From Calditrichia bacterium (lineage in GTDB: Bacteria > Calditrichota > Calditrichia > JAJRVZ01): DNA of 64,000 nucleotides. Numbering within the stretch: position 1 is the first letter of the stretch; each line of letters begins with the position of its first letter. Below, piece by piece: positions 60,194-64,000 of this stretch. A model generated the notes under the pieces. The model saw only the letters and a program-made list of their open reading frames with translations. It made no database searches and was not told where the DNA came from. The stretch lies in contig CAWCNS010000009.1 of the NCBI GenBank assembly GCA_963796965.1, forward strand, positions 480,001 to 544,000, given 5' to 3'. Position numbers and translations under genes: made by a program.

Positions 60194-61273
60194 CTATCTC
60201 TGCACCCGGGCATTTCCTTCCCATATACTCCATATTTGGGCTTCGTCAGCAGGATTAGAATAATCTGTCTCCAGTGTTGTCACCAAGGCGCCATTCGCCC
60301 AGCCAAACTGAATCCACTTTTCGGCCTCCCAATCACGAAGGATAGCGTAAAGCATCCCCCCAACAAAACCATCTCCGCCACCAATACGATCGAGAACGGT
60401 AATAGGACGTGGTTCAACAACATGCCAATTATCCCCTTCGGCCATAATAGCCCCCCACATATGGCTGTTTGTATTGATAACTTCGCGCAGGGTTGTTGCA
60501 AAAACAGATGCATTCGGAAAAACTTTTTTCGTTCTGTCAATCATGCCTTTAAAACCCTCGATCTTAGCTGCCAGATCTTTTCCTCCGGCCTCCGGGCCTT
60601 CTATTCCAAGACAGAGTTGGAAATCTTCCTCATTACCAACCAGAATATCTGAGAGACTGGCGATCTCTTTGAAAATTTTATGTAATTCATCTTCACGATT
60701 CTTCCAGAATGTTGCACGATGATTTAAATCAAATGATATCCTTGTGCCGTATTTTTTCGCTGCCCGCGCAATTTCCAAACAAAACACACCGGTTTCCGGT
60801 GATAGAGCAGCGATTAGCCCCGAAAGATGTACAATCTGTACTCCTTCGGTACCAAATAGCCGATCCAGATCAAAGTCTTTAACATTTAGAGAACGGCCAA
60901 CTTCTCCAGCCCGATCGTTATATACCCTTGGTCCGCGAGAACCCAATCCACTATCAGCAATATTGATCTGATGACGATATCCCCAAGGTCCCCCCTGTTC
61001 AAATGCCGGCCCTTCTACTTCCATATGCCGACTGGCCAGATTATCGCGGATGAAACGTGCGATCGGGCTGTCTTTCACAAACGCTGTCAAAACTTTAACC
61101 GGTAATCCAAGATATGATGCAACACTTGCCACATTTGATTCAGCGCTACTGGTTGTCATTATAAAAGTATTACTGCTGTGCACAGCCTGACCATTTACCG
61201 GTGTAATGCGAATCCCCATGCTTGTGGGTACTATCATTGAATATTTAAAATTCTTTTTAAGATCGATTTTCAT
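60194..61273 (-). CDS. PfkB family sugar kinase (2-keto-3-deoxygluconate kinase-like)
   Basis: SAESNVA, FDLNHR, VGNEED, DRIGGGDGF. Confidence 0.9.
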   Translation of the reverse strand: MKIDLKKNFKYSMIVPTSMGIRITPVNGQAVHSSNTFIMTTSSAESNVASVASYLGLPVKVLTAFVKDSPIARFIRDNLASRHMEVEGPAFEQGGPWGYRHQINIADSGLGSRGPRVYNDRAGEVGRSLNVKDFDLDRLFGTEGVQIVHLSGLIAALSPETGVFCLEIARAAKKYGTRISFDLNHRATFWKNREDELHKIFKEIASLSDILVGNEEDFQLCLGIEGPEAGGKDLAAKIEGFKGMIDRTKKVFPNASVFATTLREVINTNSHMWGAIMAEGDNWHVVEPRPITVLDRIGGGDGFVGGMLYAILRDWEAEKWIQFGWANGALVTTLETDYSNPADEAQIWSIWEGNARVQR

Positions 61274-61454
61274 ACGTTTTCCTCTCTATATTTATTTCAT
61301 GTGCATTTTATCTGTTTTTTTCGAATCTGAGCGTTATCATTAACTCAGGAAAAATGTAATTAAAGATTCTTATTTTACAAAATTTGTGATTGAATAAAAA
61401 TATGAGGTGAAAAATTATGTAAGTAGGTGTGTTACGACTTTCAAGAATTCTTAA

Positions 61455-61847
61455 TCATTGCAGGTTGGTATTATGGGTCGGATACTGAGGTGTTTCTGTT
61501 TGCTGTGCATAAAAAGTACATAATCGTTTTGGATCAAGCACAACGCAATAATTTGTCATTTCCCCACATATATCTTTGTCGCTATATGGCTTTTCAAGAT
61601 CGACCCATCCTTCAAATATGGGCTTGGGCGCATACTCACTAATCAGGGTATCAATAAGACCACACACGCATTCGCTTGTGGAAGATTTATTGTCCAAATC
61701 CATGGCCAGCTTTTTTCTTTTAATAATCTCCTTCAAAGCAGATGTTAGCATTTTTTTATCACCATGAAAGATCGCTGTCCAGTAATGGCATCCAATCATT
61801 TGTATATTTCCGGCACGTCTGGCATGTAAACAGGAGCGACAGTTCAT
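61455..61847 (-). CDS. Cys-rich hypothetical protein (130 aa)
   Basis: AAGGAGGAG RBS; CRSCLH, GCHYW, CVC and three more Cys; ATGA-coupled to the upstream ORF. Confidence 0.7.
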   Translation of the reverse strand: MNCRSCLHARRAGNIQMIGCHYWTAIFHGDKKMLTSALKEIIKRKKLAMDLDNKSSTSECVCGLIDTLISEYAPKPIFEGWVDLEKPYSDKDICGEMTNYCVVLDPKRLCTFYAQQTETPQYPTHNTNLQ

Positions 61848-62020
61848 TTCTCCTCCTTGTTTAGAAGAAAACTGACAATTTTATCCACATACGGCTGCTC
61901 GCCGGCTAAAACCACACAAGGTTGTTCACCTGATTCAGTACGACGATCATATTCGGATATTCTATCTACAATCTTACCCTGCGGGTCTAACCACACATAA
62001 CGTGTTACGAATTGATTCAT
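61844..62020 (-). CDS. Small hypothetical protein (58 aa, absent from the ORF track)
   Basis: MNQFVTRYVWLDPQGKIVDRISEYDRRTESGEQPCVVLAGEQPYVDKIVSFLLNKEEK*; its TGA overlaps the ATG of the next gene. Confidence 0.6.
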   Translation of the reverse strand: MNQFVTRYVWLDPQGKIVDRISEYDRRTESGEQPCVVLAGEQPYVDKIVSFLLNKEEK

Positions 62021-62137
62021 GAATGATCCTGGTTATTTTTATAAATATCTTGACTTAGTGACACCTCACTTTTTATACAAAAATCACATGTATATTTTAA
62101 TGTCCAATTATGTTAGTTGAATGGTCAGGTCAATCTG

Positions 62138-62166
62138 TTGACATTCGAATAACTGTACTATATATT
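62138..62166 (+). promoter_or_regulatory. Near-consensus sigma70 promoter TTGACA-N17-TATATT
   Basis: ttgacattcgaataactgtactatatatt upstream of 62312. Confidence 0.65.
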
Positions 62167-62311
62167 TTCTCTACAAATGCTGGGCTGACAGCAAATGGAC
62201 AAGAATAGACACCTGGTTGAATAATAGCGATCAACACTATTAATATAGGGTGGGCAATTCTTTTTTGCAACAATTTTACACACACTTTTTTTTTAAATAT
62301 TCGAGGATTTC

Positions 62312-63923
62312 ATGACAAGTGACAGGCAAATAGGCGACATTGCCTTTATTGTTAAAAAACTGGAAAAATTATTTGAAGATCATCTAAATAATTTACCTGT
62401 CAACCGCAACAAAGAGCAGACGGCCTTATGCCGAATGCTGTTCAGTCATAATATTCGCTATCTCAGGGTCTATCTGGGATTTATTGCCCGAGGGATTCCC
62501 TATGAGCAGCAGGAATTTGCTGGATTGCTTACTGTATCTATTGCTGGTTTGCGTCGCTGGGAAAATGCAGAAGTTATTCCCAATCAGGCCGGTTTAAAAA
62601 ATGTGGTAACTTTAGCGAATCAACTATTGCATCTTCCTACATCTATTACTTCTGGCCATTTGCTCTATTGCAATCTTGTTACAGAAATTCCACTGTTACG
62701 TCTTGGATCCCATAGTGCTGATTTTCAAAATCTATCCTATGAAGATCGTCGGAAGTTTTCCTCTTTTATGACCAACAATATGGATTTGATGTTAAGTCAT
62801 TTCATGGAAAGAGAATTCCAATCACGCATTAATTTTCATGAGTTAATGGAAAAAGTAAATGTACCTATCTATCTGATTAAAATTGGCACTCAGATTCCAG
62901 CATATATAAATCAAGCAGTGTGTGATCTACAGGGGAGTAGCCGCGAACAACTTTTGAGTACTCCTTTTCACAACATGCTCCATCCGGATGACCTGACCCG
63001 GGTAATGCTTCTCGTAGAACAAAGGAAGAAGGGGGAAATTTCTGATACCCAATACCCCCTTCGCATACGACATGCCTCCGGGAAATATATTGTTGTTAAT
63101 ATCAGAAATCGTCAAGTCGTTATCGATGGGGAAGACTATACCCTCTCAACCTTGCTGGATATAACAAATTTTGTTGAAATGGAAAAGGCTTTGAAATCCA
63201 GTGAGGAAAAACTACTGTACACGTTTGCGGCCATGGAAGATTTGGTTTTTGTTACAGATACAGATGGTATAATTCGCGAGTTTTACCAGGCGGATCATCC
63301 TGATCTCTACGTAAAACCAGATAAATTTCTTAACAAAAGATTTGAGAAAGTATTGCCAGACCCGGTTGCAGAAATATTTAACAAAGCACTGCATCACACC
63401 TTAACGACAAATGAATCCAGAAGTGTTGAATATGAACTTAACATTTCTGGCAAAATCAAAACCTTTAATGCTAAGCTTATCTGTTATAAAAAATAAGGTT
63501 GATGAGAGTTCAGGTGTTGTGGTAGTAGTTCGGGATATTACAGAGAAAATTGATACTGAAAAAGCCCTGAGAGAGAGCGAGGAAAAGTATCGCATGTTAT
63601 TTAAATCGATGTTTGCTGCATATGCTTTACATGAAATCATTACGGATAAAAAAGGAAAACCGATCAATTACCGCTATCTTGATATTAATCCTGCATTTGA
63701 AAAATTAACAGGTCTAAAAGTGAAAGATGTCATTGGCAAAACAGTACTTGAATTGTTTCCTCAAACTGAACCTTACTGGATAGATACCTTTGGTAAGGTG
63801 GCATTAACCGGAAAATCAGCAAAAATGGCAGAATATTCCCACGATTTAAACAAAAAGTTACAGGTTCATGCCCGAAGCCCCAAGAAAGGACAATTTGCTG
63901 CGACATTTATTGAAATTAAATAG
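62312..63923 (+). CDS. XRE-type HTH regulator with three C-terminal PAS domains (one frameshift near 63480)
   Basis: FSHNIRYLR...QQEFAGLLTVSIAGLRRWEN..VIP HTH; PAS motifs LHPDD, DIT, EKALKSSEE, EKALRESEEKYR, DINPAFEK; no kinase or GGDEF domain before the stop. Confidence 0.75.
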
Positions 63924-64000
63924 AATTATTTGCTGATTTATTTTATCCAGGCGAGCGCTTTTTTAATATCCTTAAAGACCATTACTTCGTTATTAGTATC

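Noticed and set aside
61455..63923. Prophage immunity region
   Set aside because: No integrase, att site or structural genes in the window, and the regulator carries PAS rather than a peptidase S24 domain; kept only as an analogy.

Overview
64 kb of an AT-rich bacterial chromosome, probably from the FCB group but not Bacteroidota, e.g. Calditrichota/KSB1-like. This is inferred from six secreted proteins with a C-terminal NYPNPFNP sorting domain (T9SS/FlgD-Ig type), strong GGAGG Shine-Dalgarno sites and TTGCAN-N16-TATATT promoters. About 45 CDS: secreted proteins, AbgT transporter, S8 protease, VKOR-DsbA, pbpC plus alpha-2-macroglobulin, sulfatase/PhyH/CE15-like esterase, a hybrid two-component system, serA, HD-GYP, glutaminyl cyclase, two MacB-type permeases, GH99-like, GH43, a PfkB kinase and an XRE-PAS regulator. 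Many genes are broken by 1-nt frameshifts, most likely long-read assembly errors. No rRNA, tRNA, CRISPR array, integrase or transposase was seen. The most unusual signal is non-coding: several REP-like palindrome families and 7-nt tandem arrays with a fixed polarity (G-rich at the left edge, C-rich at the right edge of intergenic regions). They build two ~520-bp composite fold-back elements flanking one secreted-protein gene and also occur in frame inside genes. Other candidates are a beta-lactamase-fold protein with replaced catalytic motifs, a reused promoter-leader module, and an XRE-3xPAS regulator divergent from two translationally coupled small unknown genes. All family calls come from motif recognition by eye, not database searches.
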